Assembly: GCA_035353995.1 (NCBI GenBank)
Contig: DAOQAL010000001.1
Location: forward strand, 70,867 to 134,866
Direction: 5' to 3'
DNA: 64,000 nucleotides
DNA from: Minisyncoccota bacterium
GTDB lineage: Bacteria; Patescibacteriota; Minisyncoccia; Phycocordibacterales; UBA9973
Below, one piece after another: positions 9,798-18,837 of this stretch (positions are counted from its first letter, which is position 1; every line of letters begins with the position of its first letter). The translations under genes and the position numbers were made by a program. The notes beneath the pieces were generated by a model. It was not told the DNA's origin. It made no database searches and saw only the letters and a list, made by a program, of their open reading frames with translations.

Positions 9798-12200
9798 ATG
9801 AAAAAAACAAATCAAAAAATAAAAAAAATTATTTATAAATATTTAATCTTGTGTTTAGTTTTTGTTTTTGCTTTTTCTATTGCAGAAAACTCTTTTGCTT
9901 ATCCAACAGTTAATATAACTGCAAACCCTGATTCAGTTGTATATGAAGGAATATCAACTGTCACTTGGTCATCATCAGAAACTGATTATTGCATTTGGAG
10001 TGATGGCACAACAGCTAAAACTTCTGGTTCTTTTGTTACAGGTCCACTTAAATTTAATAATAATTATTATTCTCTTACATGTAAAAAAGGAAATTCATGT
10101 GTTGCATATTCTCCTGATAAAATTTTATATACATCTAAAAATGGCACAAGCTTGGGATTGGCAAAGAATTTTTGTTATTCAAAAACAACAGATGGAAAAG
10201 AAACATGCGAGTCAGCACAAGCAAGTTATGGATCGGATTTGGTAGAGAATGTTTGTTATTGGGGCAATACAGAAGCATCCAATTCAGTAATAATAACAAC
10301 AAGTCCAAAACAAACATCTGGTGGATCTATAACCAATACTTTAACAGGTGGTGCATCTGGTATAGAGGATACAAAAGCAACATTAAGTGGATCTTTAAAT
10401 CCTGGAGGTAATACATCTATCTCTGGGTATTTTAGATATTCTGCTGTAACACCACAAGACATAACACCTGTCTTTTGTAATGATATATACGGTTCAAATA
10501 TGAGATCAACAAAAGAAATAAATTTAAACGGAGCAGATAGTTCAACAACTTTTACAACCACTATTTCTGGTTTGGAAGAAAATACAACATACTACTACTG
10601 TGCTGTTGGTTCTGGCTATAATGAAATAACATATGGTGGAGTAAGATCATTCACAACAGGACTTTCTTCTTCATCATTCTCAGTAACAACAAATGATGCA
10701 CTAGTCGTAAATGATACATCTGCATATTTAAACGGATATTACAATACGGTTGTTTCTGCAAATACATATTTTGAGTACAGAAAAAAGTTTCAGGCAGTCC
10801 CTAATACATCAAATGCTTCTATTTCTAAAAACACTTCGTCAAGATTCTTAGGATATGTTAAAAATACTTTTAATAAATTATTACAAACAGATAAAGTGCT
10901 AGCTTCAACAAGTGACACTAAATTTTCGGACTGGATAAGAGTTGGAGACCAAAGTCACAACAGAAGCACTTATGGGAAAATGAGCACATTAGTAAGCGGA
11001 CTTTCTCCAAGCTCAACTTATCAATTTAGAGCTGTAATAGAAACAAGCAGTTCATCATCTACTTCCCAAATAAAATATGGAAATCTTTTATCTTTCACAA
11101 CAGCGAGCTCAGATACAACAACACCTGGCGATGTTCCTGGAGGAGAAGAATATAATGACCCATGTGCATCAATAGCAGACAGTGTTGATATAAATTGTAA
11201 TGGTACAGGAGGAGATGAAGAAAATGGGAAAATAACAGGATCTGGTATTGATCTTACTGTTGGTACAGTGACCCCAACAAATGTAACAAAAAATACATTA
11301 ACTCCATTTTATGCTTACGTAAAAAATCAAGGAGGGACATCAACTGGAAAAAATTTCTATGGTTTTTTCCAAATTTCAACTTACGATAGAACACCAGCTG
11401 ACACAGGAAGTAATAATAATATTAAAAATAAAAATCAAACAACACCAGCAAATTCTGCAGGAACACCAGTAAGTAAAATAGAAAAATTGTTAACAATAAA
11501 TAAAGCATTTGCCACATCAGGCAATTCCAATCCTGCAAATAATGCAACAGCAGTCAGCACGACTGTTACAGATGGTTCTCTAATAAATCTTCCAGCTGTT
11601 TCTATATCTACCTTGGGAGCAAAAAAATCAGTAAAAATATCAAGCTCATATGCTTTTGGTTCTTCTGGTACATATTATATGAGAGCTTGTGCTGATAAAA
11701 AAGACAATAAGGATATAGGATTGATAAAAGAATCGTATGAAAATAATAATTGTGGATCTTGGACAAAAATTATTGTTAAATCAGGTGGTGGAGGAAATAA
11801 TAATAGTAATGACGATACAGGCAGTCTTAGTCTTGGACAAATTGCTACACCTCCATCTGACGCAATCGTACGATACCATGAAGGAATTGAGCATGTATTT
11901 GCAAGACAAATAATTAATAATATAGAAATGGCAGAAGCTTATGGATATAAAGAAGGAGATAGTTTAGAAAAATTTGCCTGGAATTTTGCGGACTTACTTG
12001 CAAAAGATTTTGGTTATGTAGCACAAAATAGAAAAGAGATAAGGGTAAGTTTGCCAGATATTGCAGCATACCAGTTAAGAATGGAAGCAAGCGGACTAAC
12101 AGTATATGAATACTTTGATTCAAAAATTGTAAATATTCAAACGACAACAATGTCGTTGCGAGGTATTTATGATTATGAATATTATTTCAATAAAAGATAG
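9798..12200 (+). CDS. Large secreted Ser/Thr-rich protein (800 aa) with fibronectin-III-like modules
   Basis: Signal peptide (ILCLVFVFAFSIAENSFA). Repeated Fn3-like signatures (ISGLEENTTYYYCAV, VSGLSPSSTYQFRAV) and S/T/N-rich linkers. Confidence 0.65.
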   Translation: MKKTNQKIKKIIYKYLILCLVFVFAFSIAENSFAYPTVNITANPDSVVYEGISTVTWSSSETDYCIWSDGTTAKTSGSFVTGPLKFNNNYYSLTCKKGNSCVAYSPDKILYTSKNGTSLGLAKNFCYSKTTDGKETCESAQASYGSDLVENVCYWGNTEASNSVIITTSPKQTSGGSITNTLTGGASGIEDTKATLSGSLNPGGNTSISGYFRYSAVTPQDITPVFCNDIYGSNMRSTKEINLNGADSSTTFTTTISGLEENTTYYYCAVGSGYNEITYGGVRSFTTGLSSSSFSVTTNDALVVNDTSAYLNGYYNTVVSANTYFEYRKKFQAVPNTSNASISKNTSSRFLGYVKNTFNKLLQTDKVLASTSDTKFSDWIRVGDQSHNRSTYGKMSTLVSGLSPSSTYQFRAVIETSSSSSTSQIKYGNLLSFTTASSDTTTPGDVPGGEEYNDPCASIADSVDINCNGTGGDEENGKITGSGIDLTVGTVTPTNVTKNTLTPFYAYVKNQGGTSTGKNFYGFFQISTYDRTPADTGSNNNIKNKNQTTPANSAGTPVSKIEKLLTINKAFATSGNSNPANNATAVSTTVTDGSLINLPAVSISTLGAKKSVKISSSYAFGSSGTYYMRACADKKDNKDIGLIKESYENNNCGSWTKIIVKSGGGGNNNSNDDTGSLSLGQIATPPSDAIVRYHEGIEHVFARQIINNIEMAEAYGYKEGDSLEKFAWNFADLLAKDFGYVAQNRKEIRVSLPDIAAYQLRMEASGLTVYEYFDSKIVNIQTTTMSLRGIYDYEYYFNKR

Positions 12201-12227
12201 ATTTGAGATCGGTTTTAAAATTGAAGA

Positions 12228-14618
12228 ATGGAAATAATTAGAAAAAATAATTTAATAAAGAAAATATTAATACCATTTATTGCTTTGGCTATTTTCTTGA
12301 TGCCTATTAGCCCAAGTTTGAAAATCAATAATGGACATCTGGCAACAAAAATTACTGTAAATAGAGCTTATGCTGAGAGTATAGAAACTGCCACAAAAGA
12401 AATAGGAGAGACGAGTGCAAGTTTTAAAATAATTCTTTTAAACACAATAAATTTATCGGTATATAATACCCCATATAATGTAATAATAACTCTTTATCAG
12501 GGGAAAAGTGACGGAACAACTGAAAAAAATTATATAGAGACACAAAATTTTCCTTTTGAAGTTAACACTGAAAGACAAGAATTTGACGCAGTGTTTAAAA
12601 AACTAAACCCTGGTACTAGTTACTATTTTACAGCTACAGTATATCATACTATATCGGGTGACTCATCAATAAAAATTAGAGATTTTGATACCACGGGGAA
12701 TGGAGGTAGTGGCTTAAGCACTCAAAAAGATGCCTCCGAACTTGTAAATATTGATAATCAAGAATTGAACTTGGAATGTACTATTTGGGATGGCTGGGAA
12801 GGCATAGGAGGTTGCATAGCTAATTTATTTTATATGGTTTGGCAAGTTTCTGAATGGATTGCTAATTTAGCAGGTGGTTTTCTTGATTTTTTTGTTTACT
12901 ATTCAACAAATAGCAGTTCTTACGTTAGTGGTTTTATAACAGAGGGCTGGGGAGCAATACGAGATATTGCTAATATTTTCTTTATTGTTGCTTTATTGTA
13001 TGTTGCTATAAAAACAATATTAAGTTTAGGGGGGCAAGACACAAAAAAATTGATTGGATATATCGTTATTATGGCATTACTTATTAATTTCAGTTTATTT
13101 TTCACACGAGTAATTGTTGATGGATCAAATATTCTGGCGAAGGTATTTTACAACAATATAACACCAAAGAATAAAGACGGAAAAGTAATAACAGGAGATG
13201 AAGGAGAAAAATCTATTACAGTTGGATTAGTTGATAAATTTAATCCAGCAAGTCTTGTAACAAATTCGGTTTATCAAAGTGAAGGTATGACTCTAGGAAA
13301 GTTTATTTTTATAGTTCTCTTACTTACAGCAATTACTCTTTCTATGGCATATATGTTCTTTACGGTTGCAATTGTTTTTGTAAGCAGAACTGTAATGCTG
13401 TGGATTTCTATGATTTTTTCTCCGATTGCTTTTGCATCATACACCTTGCCTTTTAACATACCCGGAATGGGTCATAAGGATTGGTGGGATCAACTATTAA
13501 AAAATGCATTCCTAGCTCCAATTTTTGTATTTTTCTTATATATAATAGTGATGTTTACCAATTTCTTAAAAGAAATTACTTATGATCCAACCAATGATTC
13601 TTTTTTGGGAAGTTTAATGCATATAGTAATTCCTTTTATAATTCTCTTTATGTTGCTGATGAAGGCCAAAGAGATGGCAGTAAAATTATCTGGAGAAATG
13701 GGTAAGGCAATTACAAAAGGAGCCACTATGTTAGGAGGTGTTGCATTAGGCGCAGCTGCTGGCAGTGCAGCTTTTGCAATGCGTGGCACTTTGGGAAGAG
13801 TCGGAAATGCTCTTGGTAATGCGGAGTGGACTAAAAAAACTGGCAAATTTGGAAGAGGTATGCAAAACATTGGACACTCATTAGGTAAAGGAAGTTTTGA
13901 TGTAAGAGGAATAAAGGTTGCTGGAAAGAGCTTGGCAAGCACTGGTATTCCAGTTGGAACAACAAGTGGGACTGGAGGGTATGAAAAGATACGTGCCGAC
14001 AAGATAGAAAAGAGACAAAAGAGAGCAAAAGAACTTGAGGTTGGAGAAAATAGCGGAATGAAACAAGAACTAAACAAAACCGAAGCAGACCTACAGGGTC
14101 TCTTGGTCACGAACGCAAAAGAAATCGAAGATATCGACAAATTAATTGACAAGAAGAAACAAGAAGCCGCTGATGCAGAGAGGAAAATGAAAGGTCTTCC
14201 ACCTGGACAGGAACACGAAGATGCTCAAGCAGCCTTAAGAGCAGCAAACGATGAGGTACAAAATGCTAAAGACAGAAAAAAGAACTTCCGAGAAGGAAGA
14301 GCTCATACGGATCTCGATGGCACAGTACATGACTACGAGACATCAGCAGTCTTAAAAGACAAGAATGGAAATACTATACATAAAAAAGACGCAAATGGGA
14401 ACATAGAGTTGGACGCAAACGGAAGACCAATAGCTATGGGTATTGATGTGCTGGAAAAGCAACAAAAGACACAAGCACAGGGCATCAAGACCGAAAACGT
14501 AATAAGGAGAACCAAATATGCTAAGGCTAAAGGACACTGGTATAATGGTAAAGGAAGTAGAGAAGCAGCTCATAAGATAATAATGGAGACAAAATTAGAT
14601 AGTGGTACTAAAACATAA
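12228..14618 (+). CDS. VirB6/TrbL/ConG-like polytopic membrane protein with N-terminal Fn3-like ectodomain and long charged/Gly-rich C-terminal tail
   Basis: Signal/TM at the N-terminus; Fn3-like NPGTSYYFTATVYH; at least 6 hydrophobic helices between residues about 180-520; Gly-rich then KE-rich coiled-coil-like tail. Confidence 0.6.
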   Translation: MEIIRKNNLIKKILIPFIALAIFLMPISPSLKINNGHLATKITVNRAYAESIETATKEIGETSASFKIILLNTINLSVYNTPYNVIITLYQGKSDGTTEKNYIETQNFPFEVNTERQEFDAVFKKLNPGTSYYFTATVYHTISGDSSIKIRDFDTTGNGGSGLSTQKDASELVNIDNQELNLECTIWDGWEGIGGCIANLFYMVWQVSEWIANLAGGFLDFFVYYSTNSSSYVSGFITEGWGAIRDIANIFFIVALLYVAIKTILSLGGQDTKKLIGYIVIMALLINFSLFFTRVIVDGSNILAKVFYNNITPKNKDGKVITGDEGEKSITVGLVDKFNPASLVTNSVYQSEGMTLGKFIFIVLLLTAITLSMAYMFFTVAIVFVSRTVMLWISMIFSPIAFASYTLPFNIPGMGHKDWWDQLLKNAFLAPIFVFFLYIIVMFTNFLKEITYDPTNDSFLGSLMHIVIPFIILFMLLMKAKEMAVKLSGEMGKAITKGATMLGGVALGAAAGSAAFAMRGTLGRVGNALGNAEWTKKTGKFGRGMQNIGHSLGKGSFDVRGIKVAGKSLASTGIPVGTTSGTGGYEKIRADKIEKRQKRAKELEVGENSGMKQELNKTEADLQGLLVTNAKEIEDIDKLIDKKKQEAADAERKMKGLPPGQEHEDAQAALRAANDEVQNAKDRKKNFREGRAHTDLDGTVHDYETSAVLKDKNGNTIHKKDANGNIELDANGRPIAMGIDVLEKQQKTQAQGIKTENVIRRTKYAKAKGHWYNGKGSREAAHKIIMETKLDSGTKT

Positions 14619-14620
14619 AT

Positions 14621-15118
14621 ATGACCGAGAAATTAAAACAGACAATTAAAGAACAAATGGTAATTATGCCTAAGGAATCACAAGAAGTGGTAAATAATTT
14701 TGATTGGGTAAAAATTTCCGAGGAAATTGGCAAAAAATATCTATTAAGTGAAGAAGAAATTAATATTTTACAAGCGGAGATAGCAACAGTACTGGTATGT
14801 GCCGAAGATCAAGATTATCTTACTCAAGATATAGAAAACGAGGTTGGTACAAGCAAGACTGAAGCAGAAAAAATAGCAAGTGAAGTTTTAGAAAAAATTT
14901 TTAAGCCACTAATTGAGAATTTATCTAAAAAAATAAAATTGGAATTAAAAGATCGTCCGATTAATTGGCAACAAAATTTAGATTTTATTCTTTCGGGGGG
15001 AGACTATACTGCTTTTATAAGAAAACCAATAAAAGAAGAAGACAATGTTGCTCCACAAGGAAATACTTTTTCAAACTATTCTGATTTAGATGATTTAAAA
15101 AGTAAATTTACAATATAG
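14621..15118 (+). CDS. Soluble hypothetical protein, paralogous to the next gene
   Basis: 165 aa with no TM. Shares a roughly 55-aa motif with 15135-15848 (FDW...KKY.LSEEEINILQAEIATVLVCA vs VDW...KKGYSFEQLEDLEIETELLLCG). Confidence 0.5.
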   Translation: MTEKLKQTIKEQMVIMPKESQEVVNNFDWVKISEEIGKKYLLSEEEINILQAEIATVLVCAEDQDYLTQDIENEVGTSKTEAEKIASEVLEKIFKPLIENLSKKIKLELKDRPINWQQNLDFILSGGDYTAFIRKPIKEEDNVAPQGNTFSNYSDLDDLKSKFTI

Positions 15119-15134
15119 TGTATAATAAAATTAT

Positions 15135-15848
15135 ATGGATAAACCGATAGATTTATTACAAATAAAAATAGAGAGAGCTAAAGAGTCTTTACCAAAAGAA
15201 ACATTAAAGGCTATTAATTCTGTCGACTGGAGGGCTTTCATTCTTGCCCTACGAGAAAAAAAGGGGTACAGCTTTGAACAATTAGAGGATTTAGAGATTG
15301 AAACAGAACTTTTACTTTGTGGTCTTTTATCAATTGAAAATTATCCAAAAGAAATAGAGGAAAGATTAAAAATTCCAAAACCACAAGTTGATTTATTAAT
15401 TAATGAAATGAATGAATCAGTATTTAAAAAAATTAGAGAAGAATTAATAAAAAATACAGAAAAAGAAGAATTGTTTGTTAGAAAAGAAGAAAAAATAGAA
15501 CAAAAACAAGTAATACAAACAGGAATAGATCCAACAATAAATAAAAGCGAGTCGAATATACTAAATAAAGCGGGAATAAGTATAATTGAAAGAGCAGAAG
15601 AGATTGCCCCACCTTCTAATACAGAAGTAAAAAAGGAAAACCCAATCGAAAAGCCAGTAGAAAAGCCAGTGGAATCAATTCCGTCTCAAAAATTGGCTGG
15701 TTCATTTCAAATTCCAATGACAAAAACTGAATATTCATTAAACAATAAACAGAATGTACAAAAAAATTTAACAGCAGAAAAAGAACAAACAGAAAAAATA
15801 AAACTTTCTAAAATAGATCCATACAGATTAGACCCAAATGCTGAATAA
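15135..15848 (+). CDS. Soluble hypothetical protein, paralogous to the previous gene
   Basis: 237 aa. N-terminal domain related to 14621-15118; C-terminal low-complexity K/E/P-rich region (PIEKPVEKPVESIP). Confidence 0.5.
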   Translation: MDKPIDLLQIKIERAKESLPKETLKAINSVDWRAFILALREKKGYSFEQLEDLEIETELLLCGLLSIENYPKEIEERLKIPKPQVDLLINEMNESVFKKIREELIKNTEKEELFVRKEEKIEQKQVIQTGIDPTINKSESNILNKAGISIIERAEEIAPPSNTEVKKENPIEKPVEKPVESIPSQKLAGSFQIPMTKTEYSLNNKQNVQKNLTAEKEQTEKIKLSKIDPYRLDPNAE

Positions 15849-15878
15849 AAAAGGAAAGATAAAATAAAAATCAAAAAA

Positions 15879-16301
15879 ATGCAATTTAAGGTACCACAAT
15901 TTTTAGATATAGAAGATAAAATTTTTGGACCATTTACTTTCAGCCAATTTGTATATTTGGCTGGTGGAGCAGGGTTATGTTTTGTGCTATATAAATTATT
16001 AGGTTTTTTACTTGGTTTTATTCCAATACTAGCAGTTGCAGCATTTGCAGTAGCATTAACTTTTTACAAACCAAATGGCAAACCTTTCATAAATACAATA
16101 GAAGCTGGACTAAAATACATGACACAAAATAAATTATATATATGGAAAAGAAGAAAACAAAAAATCACTACAACAAATACAACAGAAACACAAAAGAAAG
16201 ATGATATCATAAACAATAGAAATACAAGATTAACAAATAGTAAGTTACAAGATTTAGCATGGAGTCTCGATGTATTAGATTCCAAAAAAGAAGATAAATA
16301 A
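15879..16301 (+). CDS. VirB3/ConD-like small two-TM protein
   Basis: 140 aa with two adjacent hydrophobic helices (FVYLAGGAGLCFVLYKLLGFLLGFIPILAVAAFAVALTFY). Sits immediately upstream of the VirB4-like ATPase, as in Gram-positive T4SS. Confidence 0.5.
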   Translation: MQFKVPQFLDIEDKIFGPFTFSQFVYLAGGAGLCFVLYKLLGFLLGFIPILAVAAFAVALTFYKPNGKPFINTIEAGLKYMTQNKLYIWKRRKQKITTTNTTETQKKDDIINNRNTRLTNSKLQDLAWSLDVLDSKKEDK

Positions 16302-16302
16302 A

Positions 16303-16938
16303 ATGGCATTAAAAGCAAAAGCAACTCAAGACTTTGTTCCGATAAAAGAGGTTCGAGATGGAATCATCATTTTAAAAGATGGTGGGTTGAGAGCTATCAT
16401 ATTAGCGAACTCTGTAAACCTTTCACTAAAATCAGCAGAAGAACAAAGAGCAACAATTATGCAATTTCAAAATTTTTTAAATACACTCGATTTTCCAATA
16501 CAAATTTCTGTTCAATCAAGAAGACTTGATATAAGACCTTATCTTTTATTGTTGGAAAATAGAATAAAAGTCCAAAATGAACCATTGTTAAAATTACAAA
16601 CAAAAGAATATATGGGGTTTATAAAAGATTTTACCGATTCTGTAAATATTATGACAAAAACATTTTTTATAGTAGTACCATATACACAAACTACAATAAG
16701 GGCTGATTCTGGTATATTTAAAGGATTATTCCAAACAAAAAATAAAGAAATGATAAAAAAAGAAGCCGAAATTGATTTCGAAGAAAAAAGATCACAATTG
16801 GAACAAAGAGTCAGTGTTATAGAGCAAGGTCTTTCACGTTGTGGCGTTAAGGCAGTACAATTAGAAACAGATCAAGTTGTAGAAGCATTTTATAAAGTAT
16901 TTAATCCAGGAGAACTTGAGGGAAAAATAGAAATTTAG
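16303..16938 (+). CDS. N-terminal segment of a split VirB4/ConE-like protein
   Basis: 211 aa with no TM. Same reading frame as the following ATPase ORF, separated only by TAG-AAG-ATT-ATG. Combined length of 826 aa matches full-length ConE/VirB4. Confidence 0.55.
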   Translation: MALKAKATQDFVPIKEVRDGIIILKDGGLRAIILANSVNLSLKSAEEQRATIMQFQNFLNTLDFPIQISVQSRRLDIRPYLLLLENRIKVQNEPLLKLQTKEYMGFIKDFTDSVNIMTKTFFIVVPYTQTTIRADSGIFKGLFQTKNKEMIKKEAEIDFEEKRSQLEQRVSVIEQGLSRCGVKAVQLETDQVVEAFYKVFNPGELEGKIEI

Positions 16939-16944
16939 AAGATT

Positions 16945-18792
16945 ATGTCAATATTTGATTCATTTTTTAATACAAAAAAGAAAAGCAATGAAAACCAAAC
17001 ACAAGTTGGAGCAAATCCTTCTGTTTTGGCAGTACTGCCAGAAGAAATATATGAGTCTGCAAAACTTGAATTGCAAGATGTCATTGCGCCTTCAGCATTA
17101 AGGATTGAGCCAAAATCAATTAACTTAGGAGATAAAATAGCAAGAACATTTTTCATAATTTCTTTTCCAAGATTTTTATCTGATAACTGGTTTTCACCAA
17201 TAATAAACCTAGATAAGGTTTTTGATGTTTCTATTTTTGTTCACCCAATAGATACATCTTTAGCATTAAGACAATTTCAGAAAAAAGTAGCTGAAGTACA
17301 AAGTCAAATAAGTGTCAGAGAAGCAAAAGGGATGGTTAGAGATCCAATGTTAGACACAGCACATGAAGACTTAGAAAGTCTAAGAAATAATTTGATACAA
17401 GCACAAGAAAAAATGTTTGATGTTGGTATATATATAACAATATATGCAGATAATGAACTAGAACTTTTTAAAATAGAAAATGAAATAAAATCTATACTTG
17501 AATCAAAATTAATTTATATAAAACCAGCTCTTTTCCAACAAAATGAAGGATTTAAGAGCGTTATACCAACAGGAACTGATCTTTTAGGCATACATCAAAA
17601 ACTAAATTCTGAGCCTCTTTCTAGTATTTTTCCTTTCATATCTTTCGACCTTACTTCCACTAAAGGAATTTTATATGGTGTTAACAGACACAATTCAAGT
17701 TTAGTAATATTTGATAGATTTTCATTGGAAAATTACAACTCTGTAACTTTTGCAAAATCTGGTTCTGGAAAATCTTATGCAACAAAATTAGAAATATTAA
17801 GATCATTGATGTTTGATGTAGATGTAATAGTTATAGACCCTGAAAGGGAATATGAATACTTAACTGAAGTAGTAGGTGGAAGATATTTTAATATTTCTCT
17901 TTCATCTGATCACCACATAAACCCTTTTGATCTTCCAATACCAAGAGAAGATGAGACAGCAGAGGACGTTCTACGTTCAAATATAATAAACTTAGTTGGA
18001 TTATTCAGACTAATGCTTGGAGGATTAACACCAGAAGAAGATTCTCTTGTTGATAGAGCAATTTCAGAAACATATGCAATGAAAGATATAACCCCAGATT
18101 CTGATTTTTCTAATATTGAACCACCTCTTCTTTCAGATTTTGAAATGATTCTTGCTGGTATGGATGGAAGTGAGTCTGTAATGCAAAGATTGGTAAAATA
18201 TACAAAAGGATCTTGGTCCACATTCTTAAATAAACCATCAAATGTTGATATTAATAAAAAATTCGTAGTATTTTCTGTCCGTGATATGGAAGATGAATTA
18301 AAACCAGTAGCTATGTATATAGTAATGCACTATATTTGGACAGCAGTAAGAAAAAATTTGAAGAAACGATTACTTGTAGTTGATGAGGCTTGGTGGATGA
18401 TGAAATCTGAAGATACTGCTTCTTTCTTGTATTCTATGGCAAAAAGAGGAAGAAAATACTATCTTGGACTTTCAACTATAACACAAGATGCTGCCGACTT
18501 TATGAAGTCTACTTATGGTGTACCAATAATAACTAACTCCTCAATACAAATACTTTTAAAACAGTCACCAACAACCATAGATGTGTTGCAAAAAACATTT
18601 AACCTTACAGATGAAGAAAAATACTTACTTTTGGAATCAGGAGTAGGGGAAGGTATATTCTTTGCGGGAATGAAACACGTTGCAATAAAAATAATAGCTT
18701 CTTACACAGAAGATCAGATTATAACATCAGACCCGTCACAAATATTGTCGATTAAAAAAGAAAAGGAAGAAATTGAGAAAACAAATGAATAG
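16945..18792 (+). CDS. virB4: VirB4/TrbE/ConE-family type IV secretion ATPase
   Basis: Walker A FAKSGSGKSYATK, Walker B LLVVDEAWWMM, and a conserved pre-Walker region (ARTFFIISFPRFLSDNWF...VSIFVHPID). Confidence 0.85.
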   Translation: MSIFDSFFNTKKKSNENQTQVGANPSVLAVLPEEIYESAKLELQDVIAPSALRIEPKSINLGDKIARTFFIISFPRFLSDNWFSPIINLDKVFDVSIFVHPIDTSLALRQFQKKVAEVQSQISVREAKGMVRDPMLDTAHEDLESLRNNLIQAQEKMFDVGIYITIYADNELELFKIENEIKSILESKLIYIKPALFQQNEGFKSVIPTGTDLLGIHQKLNSEPLSSIFPFISFDLTSTKGILYGVNRHNSSLVIFDRFSLENYNSVTFAKSGSGKSYATKLEILRSLMFDVDVIVIDPEREYEYLTEVVGGRYFNISLSSDHHINPFDLPIPREDETAEDVLRSNIINLVGLFRLMLGGLTPEEDSLVDRAISETYAMKDITPDSDFSNIEPPLLSDFEMILAGMDGSESVMQRLVKYTKGSWSTFLNKPSNVDINKKFVVFSVRDMEDELKPVAMYIVMHYIWTAVRKNLKKRLLVVDEAWWMMKSEDTASFLYSMAKRGRKYYLGLSTITQDAADFMKSTYGVPIITNSSIQILLKQSPTTIDVLQKTFNLTDEEKYLLLESGVGEGIFFAGMKHVAIKIIASYTEDQIITSDPSQILSIKKEKEEIEKTNE

Positions 18793-18837
18793 TTTTCAAC
18801 CTGGCATCTATTACAAAATAAATGATATAATAAAAGT

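Noticed and set aside
8346-14573. Numerous short antisense or alternate-frame ORFs within the large T4SS-locus genes (for example 8346-8564, 9144-9365, 9937-10245, 13580-14152, 14333-14573)
   Set aside because: They overlap long, motif-supported ORFs on the opposite strand or in another frame, with no independent coding signal.
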